A stretch of 64,000 bases of DNA from Acidobacteriaceae bacterium. GTDB taxonomy: Bacteria; Acidobacteriota; Terriglobia; Terriglobales; Acidobacteriaceae. The stretch lies in assembly GCA_003140075.1 (NCBI GenBank), contig PLIO01000202.1, forward strand, positions 29,395 through 93,394. Direction: 5' to 3'. This document shows positions 1-9,024 of this stretch, piece after piece (within the stretch, counting starts at the first letter, position 1; each line of letters opens with the position of its first letter). The position numbers and the translations under genes are program-made. The notes under the pieces are model-generated. The model was not told where the DNA came from. It ran no database searches and worked only from the letters and a program-made list of their open reading frames with translations.

Positions 1-62
1 ATGAATGCGTCACGACTACCAACCACGAGCCTCGGCGCCTAATTCATCACAGCGATTCGACC

Positions 63-989
63 TTGTACAAACCCCGCCGTTTGTATAAGAATTGTCTTCC
101 TGCCGAACGTTCGATACTTCGTCTCTGGGGGCATTTCCTGTATTTCAGGCCCAACACGCTCACCGAAGCGGTACAGGCGCTTGGCCTCTCCGGGGGGCAA
201 ATCTTAGCGGGCGGAACTGACTTTTTCCCTTCCCTTGGGGATCGATCCGTAACCGGGACCGTAGTAGACATTTCGGCTCTGCGGGAACTCAAAGGGGTGA
301 TTCGCGAAGCGAATTACATACGAATCGGCGGGCTGACTACCTGGACCGAGATTACGAAGGCGCAGCTCCCGAGATGCTTTGACGGGTTGAAGGCCGCCGC
401 CAAAGAGATAGGCGGGATTCAGATCCAGAATCGGGGAACTGTGGCTGGGAATCTTTGCAACGCATCTCCGGCGGCGGATAGTGTTCCACCGCTGCTTGCG
501 CTGGATGCGGAAGTAGAACTGGTTTCGCTCGCTGGTGCGCGCCGCATGCCATTGGCGGATTTCATCGTGGGCAATCGAAGAACGGTGCGGCAGCCCGGCG
601 AGATTCTTTCCCAGATACTGGTGCCCCGCGCTGCCGAGGACGCTTCGTCAACATTCTTGAAACTGGGTGCTCGGCGTTATCTGGTGATTTCCATTGTGAT
701 GGTTGCGGTTGTGATCCAGAAGGATGCAGCGGACCGCGTTCGCGAAGCCCGCGTCAGCGTGGGATCCTGCTCGGTGGTTGCGCGGCGGCTTAGGGAACTC
801 GAACATGCGCTGGTTGGAGCGCCTGTTGAATCTGGCCCGGGGGTGGGGAGTTTGGGTTCGCTCGTCACCGCGGATCGCCTCCAGGATTTGTCACCCATCG
901 GTGACGTTCGCGCGACGGCAGCCTATCGGCATGAAGCAGCGGTGCGGCTGGTGCAGCGTGCGCTTGATGTATGCGCGGAAAGTCTATAG
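63..989 (+). CDS. Molybdenum hydroxylase (xanthine dehydrogenase / CO dehydrogenase family) FAD-binding medium subunit, CoxM/XdhB-like
   Basis: 308-aa ORF with an N-terminal FLYFRPNTLTEAVQAL...AGGTDF pattern and a C-terminal RATAAYRHEAA pattern, both typical of this subunit. The TAG stop at 987-989 abuts ATG 990 of the Fe-S/MoCo gene. The start codon is TTG (63 or 78) and is uncertain. Confidence 0.8.
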   Translation: MYKPRRLYKNCLPAERSILRLWGHFLYFRPNTLTEAVQALGLSGGQILAGGTDFFPSLGDRSVTGTVVDISALRELKGVIREANYIRIGGLTTWTEITKAQLPRCFDGLKAAAKEIGGIQIQNRGTVAGNLCNASPAADSVPPLLALDAEVELVSLAGARRMPLADFIVGNRRTVRQPGEILSQILVPRAAEDASSTFLKLGARRYLVISIVMVAVVIQKDAADRVREARVSVGSCSVVARRLRELEHALVGAPVESGPGVGSLGSLVTADRLQDLSPIGDVRATAAYRHEAAVRLVQRALDVCAESL

Positions 990-3827
990 ATGGCGACCAT
1001 CGCTCCCACGCCGGAAACCAAGTGCCTGCTCAAGCTGATCGTCAATGACCGCGAAATCTCTGTGGCTTCGGCTCCAACTAAAAGGCTCTCGCGGGTTTTG
1101 CGGGAAGAGCTTGGACTGACCGGAACAAAAGTTGGCTGCGACGCCGGGGACTGCGGTGCATGTACCGTCTTGCTCGACGGAGAAGCGGTTTGCTCTTGCC
1201 TGGTCGCAGTGGGTCAAATCGAAAATCACTCGATCGTGACCGTCGAGGGACTGAAATCCAGACCTCCATTGTATGACCTCCTGCAGGCGGCATTTCTTCG
1301 TCACGGCGCCGCGCAATGTGGCGCGTGTACGCCGGGCATGCTGGTCTCGGCGACAGCGCTCCTTGAGAAGAATAATTCTCCTTCCGAGGCCGAGGTGATG
1401 AATGCGCTGGGCAGCGTGCTTTGCCGCTGCACGGGATATCGGAAGATTATCAACGCAGTGCGGGACGTGGGAGCGAAAAGTACAGATGCTGCGTGCCCCG
1501 CAGCAGGTACGTCGGTGGGGGAACGGTTGATCCGTCTGGATGGAAAACAGAAGGTCGAGGGCACTGAAATCTACGGTGCGGACGAAATTCCAGCCGGCGC
1601 TCTCACGCTGCGTGTTATCCGATGCCCGTACCACCGGGCGAAATTTCGCTTCGGAGATCTGGAAGCGTTCATCGCGGCTCATCCGGGCGTCGACGCAATT
1701 CTCACTTCCAAGGACGTTCCGGGCGACGATTGCTACGGTGTGATTCCGCGTTTTGCCGACCAACCGGTTTTTGCCCACGCGAAAAACGAAGCCAGGCATC
1801 GAGGAGAAGCGGTCGCGGCGGTTGTCGGCCAAGCGGAGGCGATTGAAAGTCTCGATCTGGCAAACTTCCCCGTAAGCTGGGAGGAACGGCCTGCGCTACA
1901 GACAATCGATGAGGCTCTCGCGCCAGGTGCTCCGCTCATTCACCCGCATCGTGCCCAAAACGTACTCACTCGCGGACGCGTAGAGCGGGGAAATGTTGAG
2001 CAGGCGCTGGCACAAGCGGACGTGGTGGTAGAAGGCGAATTCGAAACCGGCTTCGTCGAGCACGCCTGCATCGAGCCGGAAGCGGGATTTGCGCGGCGCA
2101 TCGGCGACCGGATCGAGATCCAGGCCTGCACGCAGTCACCTTACATGGATCGGGCGGACATCGCGAAACTTCTGGGAATTCCCGCTGACTCGGTTCGAAT
2201 TATTCCGACGGCAGTCGGCGGCGGTTTCGGCACCAAGCTGGACTTGTCTGTGCAACCATTTCTTGCGCTGGCCGCATGGCGATTGCGGCGGCCGGTGCGC
2301 ATGGTCTATTCGCGCATTGAGTCGATCATGTGCACCACCAAGCGCCATCCCGCGCGCATGCGCGGCCGTGCCGGCGCGAGTAAAGACGGAAAACTGCTGG
2401 CGCTGGATTTCGCTGCCGATTTCAATACTGGCGCTTATTCCTCGTGGGGGCCCACGGTTGCGGCTCGAGTTCCGGTGCATGCTTCCGGACCTTATTTCGT
2501 CCCGCACTATCGAGCCCTGACGCGGGCCGTTCACACCAACATCGTCCCCGCGGGGGCCTTTCGTGGCTTTGGAGTGCCGCAGATGGCGATCGCGCAGGAA
2601 CAACTTTATGATGAACTTGCTAATCGCCTGAGGATCGACCCGCTGGAATTTCGTATTCTGAACGCACTCGACGATCGAACTCCTACCACCACGGGGCAGG
2701 TGATGGGAGAAGGCGTTGGCATTCGCGCCTGCTTCGAAGCCTTGCGTCCCCAGTGGAGTGCGGCGCGAGCTGAAGCCGTAAAGTTCAATGCAAAGACACG
2801 CGGGCCAATTCGCCGCGGGGTTGGAATCGCCGGGATGTGGTATGGATGCGGGAACACGTCGTTGCCGAACCCTTCTACCGTGCGCATCGGACTGAAAAAG
2901 GATGGCAGGATTGCCTTGCACCAGGGAGCGGTCGATATTGGCCAGGGATCGAATACCATCGTGACGCAAATTTGCGCGGATGCGCTGCGCGCGCCAATCG
3001 ATCGCTTCGATTTGATTTCCGGAGATACTTCCGTGACGCCCGATTGCGGCAAGACCTCCGCATCCCGACAGACGCTGGTTACAGGCAGAGCGGCGCAGAT
3101 GGCGGGGGAGCACCTGAGGGCGGCCATCCTTCGACTGGTTGGTTCGGGCGGAGACGGGATAGACGCTGCAAGTGGAGAAGCGGCCGTTGAGTTTGGCGAT
3201 GGCACGCTAACCATCCGGAGAGGCGGAGAACGGTGCAGTGTGTGTTTGCAGGACCTGCCGCTTGACGGGCATGGCTATGTGCTGACCGCGGAGGAAACCT
3301 TCGATCCACCCACCAGCCCGCTCGACGAAAACGGCCAGGGTATTCCGTATGCCGTGTACGGATTTGGAGCACACATGGCGGAGATTGCCGTGGATATTGA
3401 TTTGGGGACGGTGCGCGTTCTGAAGATTGTGGCGGCGCACGATGTAGGCCGCGCCATCAATCCAACTTTGATTGAGGGGCAAATTGAGGGCGGGGTCGCT
3501 CAGGGACTCGGCATGGCGCTCATGGAGGAATTCTTTCCGGGCAAAGGCGAGAACTTGCATGACTATTTAATCCCCTCGATTGGAGACATCCCTCCAGTTG
3601 AGTCGATCCTGATTGAATATCCGTCTTCTATTGGGCCATTCGGAGCAAAAGGCATTGGTGAACAAGCCGTGATCCCGACGGCACCGGCGATCCTGAATGC
3701 GATTCACCATGCTACCGGCGCGCGCATGCGCCGAGTCCCCGCCACACCGGATCGCATACGCGAAGCCATAGTCGCGAACGCTTCCAGCGGCCGAATACCC
3801 AGGAAAACTGGAGACGCCCGTGGCTGA
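990..3827 (+). CDS. Fused [2Fe-2S] small subunit + molybdopterin-binding large subunit of a molybdenum hydroxylase (candidate nicotinate/N-heterocycle hydroxylase)
   Basis: 945-aa ORF. The N-terminal ~160 aa carry both CoxS-type cluster motifs (CDAGDCGACTV and CGACTPGM...CRCTGY). The rest matches the aldehyde oxidase/xanthine dehydrogenase a/b-hammerhead and MoCo-binding domains (GGGFG, GFGVPQ, GQGSNT, GIGEQA). Confidence 0.85.
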   Translation: MATIAPTPETKCLLKLIVNDREISVASAPTKRLSRVLREELGLTGTKVGCDAGDCGACTVLLDGEAVCSCLVAVGQIENHSIVTVEGLKSRPPLYDLLQAAFLRHGAAQCGACTPGMLVSATALLEKNNSPSEAEVMNALGSVLCRCTGYRKIINAVRDVGAKSTDAACPAAGTSVGERLIRLDGKQKVEGTEIYGADEIPAGALTLRVIRCPYHRAKFRFGDLEAFIAAHPGVDAILTSKDVPGDDCYGVIPRFADQPVFAHAKNEARHRGEAVAAVVGQAEAIESLDLANFPVSWEERPALQTIDEALAPGAPLIHPHRAQNVLTRGRVERGNVEQALAQADVVVEGEFETGFVEHACIEPEAGFARRIGDRIEIQACTQSPYMDRADIAKLLGIPADSVRIIPTAVGGGFGTKLDLSVQPFLALAAWRLRRPVRMVYSRIESIMCTTKRHPARMRGRAGASKDGKLLALDFAADFNTGAYSSWGPTVAARVPVHASGPYFVPHYRALTRAVHTNIVPAGAFRGFGVPQMAIAQEQLYDELANRLRIDPLEFRILNALDDRTPTTTGQVMGEGVGIRACFEALRPQWSAARAEAVKFNAKTRGPIRRGVGIAGMWYGCGNTSLPNPSTVRIGLKKDGRIALHQGAVDIGQGSNTIVTQICADALRAPIDRFDLISGDTSVTPDCGKTSASRQTLVTGRAAQMAGEHLRAAILRLVGSGGDGIDAASGEAAVEFGDGTLTIRRGGERCSVCLQDLPLDGHGYVLTAEETFDPPTSPLDENGQGIPYAVYGFGAHMAEIAVDIDLGTVRVLKIVAAHDVGRAINPTLIEGQIEGGVAQGLGMALMEEFFPGKGENLHDYLIPSIGDIPPVESILIEYPSSIGPFGAKGIGEQAVIPTAPAILNAIHHATGARMRRVPATPDRIREAIVANASSGRIPRKTGDARG

Positions 3828-5304
3828 CGACGATGCCATCCGCTGCGACGCGTGCCCTGTGCTCTGTTACATCAAGCCGGGAAGGACGGGCGCATGCGAT
3901 CGCTATGCGAACGACAAAGGGCAGTTGGTGCGAATTGACCCGCATGTCGTCCTCGATCGCGCGCTTTCACGCGGCGACTCGGTCGTTCCTTTTCTTGAGC
4001 GGGATCGTGAATGGGACGGCAGCATCGTGAGCCGTTCGGAGACTTTTGTCACGGCGATTGGCGCGGGTACGACATATCCCGACTACAAGCCGGCTCCGTT
4101 CATCATCTCGTCCGCGGTCCAGGGCGTGGACATGGTCACGGTGGTAACGGAAGGAATCTTCAGCTACTGCGGGGTCAAGGTGAAGATCGATACTGATCGA
4201 TATCTTGGCCTGGAGACGAATCTGGTGCGGGCGCAAGGCGAGCCGGTGGGGCACGTTACGACGAGCGAGTACGGCTCGCAGATGCTCTCGCTCGGCGGCG
4301 TTCGACATCTCACTGGAGGCAGCCGCAGAGAAGGCACGGTAACCTGCGAGACCCTGCTGAGTTTGTGCGACCGGAAGCCAGTGGAACTCAAGATCGACGA
4401 AGGCGCCACGGTGGTTGTGCAGGCCGGCAAGCCGCCCATAGTCGATGGCGTGCGGGAAGAGCGTATGCGCGTGGGGTGCGGCTCCGCCACGATCGGAATG
4501 TTCGCCAAGCAATGGCAGGGCAAGGTTGATGAGGTGGTGGTGGTCGACGACCACATCACCGGAGTGCTCTCGGAGCACCAAGCCGGGAAATTGCTGGGCA
4601 TCCCGGAAACCGGGATCGAGATGAAGGGCCGGCGCTCTACTCCGGGGCGCTATTTTCGGGTCGCCGAGCCGGGCACAGCTTGGGGAGGCACCAACATCGA
4701 TGATCCTCTATCTATTCTTCGGGAGTTCGATCCGAAAGTTGCCTGGCCCGGACTTCGATTGCTCATGGTGAGCACCACGGGAGAGCACCACGCGTACTAC
4801 GAACTGGACGAAGCCCTCCGCCCGGTGGAAAGAGAATTGCCCGCCACACTTTCCGAATCGGTAGCCCGGATCAAAGAGAATTGTGAACCAGCTCTGTCTA
4901 CCGTTCTGTTTATGGGCGGAGCAGGAGGGTCGTTGAGGGCCGGCGTCACAGAGAATCCCGTAAGGCTGACGCATTCGGTGAGGGACGCGCTGACCCGCGT
5001 CACTTGCGGCGGTGCGCCGGTTTACGTGTGGCCCGGAGGTGGGATCACCTTTATGGTTGACGTGAGCCGCATGCCGGAGAGAGCGTTCGGCTATGTGCCC
5101 ACGCCGGCGCTGGTCGCTCCCATTGAATTTACTCTGAAGCTTACAGACTATTCTGATTTGGGCGGCCACATGGATCATGTTCGTCCGTTGGATTCCGTCC
5201 TGCAGAGCAGCGAAAGCCGGCGCCATCTCTCGCCTAACCGGGAGAATCCCTGGCCGCTTTCCGTTACGAAGCCGCCGAAGTCAGATCCGGGATCAAATCA
5301 ATGA
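3820..5304 (+). CDS. 6-hydroxynicotinate reductase-like protein (Hnr-like, putative Fe-S enzyme)
   Basis: 494-aa ORF with a GTG start that overlaps the upstream stop by 8 nt and has GGAG 7 nt upstream. The N-terminal Cys cluster IRCDACPVLCYIKPGRTGACDRY resembles proteins annotated as 6-hydroxynicotinate reductase. Linkage to an enamidase-like gene and a Mo-hydroxylase supports the call. The family assignment is from memory and was not searched. Confidence 0.6.
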   Translation: MADDDAIRCDACPVLCYIKPGRTGACDRYANDKGQLVRIDPHVVLDRALSRGDSVVPFLERDREWDGSIVSRSETFVTAIGAGTTYPDYKPAPFIISSAVQGVDMVTVVTEGIFSYCGVKVKIDTDRYLGLETNLVRAQGEPVGHVTTSEYGSQMLSLGGVRHLTGGSRREGTVTCETLLSLCDRKPVELKIDEGATVVVQAGKPPIVDGVREERMRVGCGSATIGMFAKQWQGKVDEVVVVDDHITGVLSEHQAGKLLGIPETGIEMKGRRSTPGRYFRVAEPGTAWGGTNIDDPLSILREFDPKVAWPGLRLLMVSTTGEHHAYYELDEALRPVERELPATLSESVARIKENCEPALSTVLFMGGAGGSLRAGVTENPVRLTHSVRDALTRVTCGGAPVYVWPGGGITFMVDVSRMPERAFGYVPTPALVAPIEFTLKLTDYSDLGGHMDHVRPLDSVLQSSESRRHLSPNRENPWPLSVTKPPKSDPGSNQ

Positions 5305-6206
5305 GGGAACAAGCTCAGATAACATTCTTGCCCGATGGCCGCCGGTTGCATCTTCACGATGGACCGATCGATCTGATCGTTCAAGCGTTCGGGAGCGGGG
5401 CTGAAATAGAAATTGCGTATCGAGCGGCGGCAGAGCGCTTCATGACTGTTCTCGATGAACTCTGCAGTGAGCTTCAGATTTTGCGGCAGGCGGAGGGAAC
5501 CGGTGGTCCAATGGCTGAGGGAGTGATTGCGCGGCGCATGGCTGCAGCAGTATTGCCCTACAGCGGGCGTACTTTCATCACTCCGATGGCCGCGGTGGCG
5601 GGCGCAGTTGCGGAAGAGATTCTGGAGAGCATGACGTGTGCCGCAACGCTTTCCCGCGCTTACGTCAATAACGGTGGGGACATCGCGCTATATCTTGCGG
5701 CGGGTGAGCGTTTTGTGGTGGGAATGGTCGAGCGGCCGGACCGTCCGTCGCTTTTCGGCAAAGTCGAACTGCACTCGACACACCCGGCGCGAGGCATCGC
5801 GACCAGCGGCTGGCGTGGCCGCAGTTTCTCGCTAGGTATCGCCGACGCGGTGACGGTTCTTGCAGACCGCGCAGCCATGGCGGACGCCGCCGCCACGGTC
5901 ATCGCCAACGCCGTAGACTTGCCGGGCCATCCCAACATTACCCGAGTATCCGCCCGCGATCTTGCGCCTGATAGCGACCTAGGCGAGCGGCGAGTGACTC
6001 GCGACGTCGGCGATCTTACCTCAGACGAGATTGCCGCGGCGCTCGATGCGGCGGTTCTGGTTGCCCACTCGATCGCCGCACGGGGACTGATTCATTCTGC
6101 GGCTTTGCATCTGCGCGGCGACACTCGCATTGTTGGCGTGAGCGTAGCCTCAGGCGAGTTCGGGGCCGAGGCAGAGAATTTCAGCAGGAGTTTGATTCAT
6201 GCCTGA
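5301..6206 (+). CDS. UPF0280-family protein (function unknown)
   Basis: 301-aa ORF with an ATGA start/stop overlap with the Hnr-like gene. The sequence has the general character of UPF0280 proteins, which I recall as neighbours of Hnr-like genes in proteobacteria. I recognise no catalytic motif. Confidence 0.5.
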   Translation: MREQAQITFLPDGRRLHLHDGPIDLIVQAFGSGAEIEIAYRAAAERFMTVLDELCSELQILRQAEGTGGPMAEGVIARRMAAAVLPYSGRTFITPMAAVAGAVAEEILESMTCAATLSRAYVNNGGDIALYLAAGERFVVGMVERPDRPSLFGKVELHSTHPARGIATSGWRGRSFSLGIADAVTVLADRAAMADAAATVIANAVDLPGHPNITRVSARDLAPDSDLGERRVTRDVGDLTSDEIAAALDAAVLVAHSIAARGLIHSAALHLRGDTRIVGVSVASGEFGAEAENFSRSLIHA

Positions 6207-6783
6207 AGTTCAGATCCGAAAGAAGTTGACGGCTGTCGAAGAAATTTTCCACGAAGGCGGACCGGCTTCGCCGGTGCCGTTGCGGCGCGCGGCCGCGTTG
6301 GCCGTGATTCACAATCCTTTCGCGGGTGCGTACGTGCAGGAGATTGCGGGGTTCATGGATGACTTGAAGCCGCTGGGTTTGGAAATGGCGCGGTCGCTGG
6401 TGGCCGCGCTGGGCGGAGATGCGAAAGTGGTCGAGGGCTACGGTAAGGGAGCGATTGTGGGCGCGGCGGGGGAGCTCGAGCATGGAGCGTTGTGGCACGT
6501 GCCTGGAGGCTACGCCATGCGCGAGATTCTCGGCGATGCGAAGGCGATTGTGGCTTCGACGAAAAAGGTGGGCGGACCGGGGACACGGCTCGATGTTCCG
6601 ATCACGCATATTAATGCTTCTTATGTGCGCAGTCATTTCGATGCCATGGAAGTTGGACTGGCCGACGCTCCGCGGGCCGATGAGATTGTACTGGCGCTGG
6701 TGATGACCACGGGGCCGCGCGTTCATGCCCGAGTTGGAGGGCTGAAGGCTTCGGAGATCAAGGGAGAGGACGGACTGCGATGA
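6199..6783 (+). CDS. Amino-acid-synthesis family protein (DUF1185), paralog 1
   Basis: 194-aa ORF that overlaps the upstream gene by 8 nt. It is clearly homologous to the next ORF: same length, shared RRAAA-AVI-NP-AG-YV, GELEH, VRSHFD-MEV, DAPRA-EIV motifs and an identical C-terminus IKGEDGLR. Confidence 0.6.
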   Translation: MPEVQIRKKLTAVEEIFHEGGPASPVPLRRAAALAVIHNPFAGAYVQEIAGFMDDLKPLGLEMARSLVAALGGDAKVVEGYGKGAIVGAAGELEHGALWHVPGGYAMREILGDAKAIVASTKKVGGPGTRLDVPITHINASYVRSHFDAMEVGLADAPRADEIVLALVMTTGPRVHARVGGLKASEIKGEDGLR

Positions 6784-7364
6784 AAGCCACCATCCGCAAG
6801 ATTGTGACGTTCGTGGAGGAGACCAGGATCGAGATGGGAAAGATTATCGATCCTCCAACTCGGCGTGCCGCTGCGGTTGCCGTGATTGAGAATCCTTACG
6901 CCGGAAAGTACGTGGAAGATTTGGCTGAGCTGATGACCATTGGCGAGGAATTGGGCGAACTGCTCACGCTGCGAGCGGTTGCGGCTTTGGGCATTCCCGC
7001 GACCAGCGTTGAGAGCTATGGCAAGGCCGCTGCTGTCGGCGAAGACGGCGAGCTCGAGCATGCTGCAGCCATTCTGCATCCCAAGCTCGGTACGCCGGTG
7101 CGGAGAGTGCTTGGCAAAGGCGCGGCGCTTATTCCATCTTCCAAGAAGCGAGGCGGGATGGGAGTCGTCCTCGACCTACCTCTGGGGCACAAGGACGCGG
7201 CTTTTGTCCGCAGCCACTTCGACGGCATGGAGGTGCGAATCAACGACGCTCCTCGCGCCAACGAAATCGTCGTGGCGGTCGCGATCACGGATAGCGGCAG
7301 GCCGCTGGCGCGCGTTGGCGGGCTGACCAAGGATCAGATCAAGGGTGAAGACGGTTTGCGGTAA
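6780..7364 (+). CDS. Amino-acid-synthesis family protein (DUF1185), paralog 2
   Basis: 194-aa ORF with an ATGA overlap with paralog 1. It is a tandem duplicate; see the previous feature. Confidence 0.6.
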   Translation: MKATIRKIVTFVEETRIEMGKIIDPPTRRAAAVAVIENPYAGKYVEDLAELMTIGEELGELLTLRAVAALGIPATSVESYGKAAAVGEDGELEHAAAILHPKLGTPVRRVLGKGAALIPSSKKRGGMGVVLDLPLGHKDAAFVRSHFDGMEVRINDAPRANEIVVAVAITDSGRPLARVGGLTKDQIKGEDGLR

Positions 7365-7387
7365 TGAGGCGTCGAAGAAGTTAGCGG

Positions 7388-8599
7388 TTACTGTTTTACG
7401 ATCTCCGGCACCGTCGTTGCCGGCGGTGTGTTGCGGCTGCGCTGCGCGCTTACGACGCCATCAATGATCACCATCCCAATCCCCGGCAAATCTCCGCGCT
7501 GAATGCTTTCCAGCACGGTTTTTCCTGGCGAATGCTGGGCTTTGTCGATCATCACGAAGGTTGCGGCGCGGCCGGGTTCGATCAGGCCGCAGTCGAGATT
7601 GCGGATTCTTGCGGTGTTGCCGGTGGCGAAGCAGACGGCGACTTCGGCGGGTACATCTGCGAGAGACGATAGCAGGGAGATCAGGCGCAGGATGCCCAGG
7701 GGCTGCACCCCGGAGCCGGCGGGCGAATCCGTGCCCAGAATTATTCGATCCAGTTTCTTCAACTCTCTTGCCGTGCGCAAGGTGAGCAGCGCGGCTTTTT
7801 CGTTGCCGTTGTGAACGATTTCGAGAGCTCGCGGCGATTGCTCGCACAGCGCGACGATCTGATCGTCGGGCAGCGCGGTGTGGCCGCCGTTGATGTGGCC
7901 GATGACATCGGCATCTGCGGCGAGGACTATATCTTTATCGATCAAGCTGGAGCCGGGGATCGATGGTCCACCGGTGTGAATCGTACTTTGAATGCCGTAT
8001 TTCCGCGCCCATGCAACCATCTGGCGGGCGGTGGCTCCGTCTTTCACGCTGCCCAGGCCAACCTCTCCCAGCATGGTGACGCCGGCGGAGGCCAAGTCTT
8101 TGAAATCTTCCTCGACCATGCCGTGCTCGATCACCGGTGCGCCGGCATGAATTCTCACGCCGCCGGGGCGAAAGGCGGAAAAGGCGCGCTGCGCGAAGAT
8201 GGCCATGGCTTTCAGGCCGACGAGATCTTTCGGGCGGCCGGGAGTATGAACTTCGCCAGCGGAGATCATGGTGGTGACTCCGCCGTGCAGATAGCTGTCG
8301 ATCCAGCCGATCTGGTTCTGGCGCGGGGTCCAGTCGCCGGCAACGGGATGCACGTGGCTGTCGATTAGTCCCGGTGCGAGCGTTGTGCCCTTGGCATCGA
8401 TGACAAGGGTTGCGCCTTCGGGATTGATGTCTTTCTGTTTGCCAACGGAGGCTATTTTCCCGTCGATGGCGAGTACAGTGTCGGCGTCGAAAATTGGGTT
8501 CTTCAGATCGCCGCTGAGCAGCAGACCGATGTTGCGGATCAGAAGGCGGGCCTGCGTCTTCGGGGTTTTAGCGGGGTCGTCGTGAGCCATGCGGCGCAC
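7388..8599 (-). CDS. Enamidase-like amidohydrolase (1,4,5,6-tetrahydro-6-oxonicotinate hydrolase-like)
   Basis: 403-aa ORF that aligns along its length with my recollection of E. barkeri enamidase: IRNIG...SGD, TLAPGLIDSHVHP, GDWTPRQ, LHGGVTTMISAGEVH.PGRPKD, HTGGPSIPGSS, HINGG, GILR and a C-terminal SRNTPPA. It is convergent with the DUF1185 gene across a 23-nt gap. Confidence 0.7.
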   Translation of the reverse strand: MRRMAHDDPAKTPKTQARLLIRNIGLLLSGDLKNPIFDADTVLAIDGKIASVGKQKDINPEGATLVIDAKGTTLAPGLIDSHVHPVAGDWTPRQNQIGWIDSYLHGGVTTMISAGEVHTPGRPKDLVGLKAMAIFAQRAFSAFRPGGVRIHAGAPVIEHGMVEEDFKDLASAGVTMLGEVGLGSVKDGATARQMVAWARKYGIQSTIHTGGPSIPGSSLIDKDIVLAADADVIGHINGGHTALPDDQIVALCEQSPRALEIVHNGNEKAALLTLRTARELKKLDRIILGTDSPAGSGVQPLGILRLISLLSSLADVPAEVAVCFATGNTARIRNLDCGLIEPGRAATFVMIDKAQHSPGKTVLESIQRGDLPGIGMVIIDGVVSAQRSRNTPPATTVPEIVKQ

Positions 8600-9024
8600 C
8601 TCTTTCAGCCACGCGCTGAGTCACATAAGCGGCTGTGGATTTCCAGTGTACAAATAGTTCTGGCGGCGGTGTGCGGCAAGCGAGAATTTCGGTAAATCGG
8701 GATATCCCCTACCCAACCCCGCGCGATTGGAATCATCAGGTTGGCGGGAAATTTTGTATTGATCCTATGGCCACAACAGCTTACGGGTAAAATCTTGCAT
8801 TTAAAGGACTTTCGATCAACGATTTTCTCAACCTGTATACCGCTGGCCGTCACGATCATGGACTCATTTTAGAGGGCTCGCAAGGTTAGATGTCACACGG
8901 GCTTTCACAGGTGAGAGAGTTAGGGTCAGACTAAAATCATTAAACGCCCTTCGGCTTTGCTCAGGGCAGGCAGGGGAAACAGGGGAACGCAGAGGTTTGC
9001 TGCAGCAGGTCGAGAGGAACGGCA

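Noticed and set aside
1-42. A possible 3' end of an upstream + strand gene (frame 1 reads MNASRLPTTSLGA then TAA).
   Set aside because: Thirteen codons at the window edge cannot be distinguished from non-coding sequence.
984-1832. There are long antisense or out-of-frame ORFs inside confidently assigned genes. Examples are 984-1832(-), 2136-3113(-), 10108-11841(-), 18289-19194(-), 19597-20853(-), 22619-23668(-), 27427-29019(-), 38824-40134(+), 48691-49818(-) and 61727-62569(-).
   Set aside because: Their translations are Arg/Pro/Gly/Ser-rich with no recognisable motifs. They lie entirely within genes that have strong family signatures on the other strand or frame. These are the usual shadow ORFs of GC-rich DNA.
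8605-8859. An 84-aa ORF on the minus strand in the enamidase/nicotinamidase divergent intergenic region.
   Set aside because: It lies in a comparatively AT-rich stretch with atypical composition, has no ribosome-binding site and carries no motif. It is more likely promoter/operator DNA for the two divergent genes.
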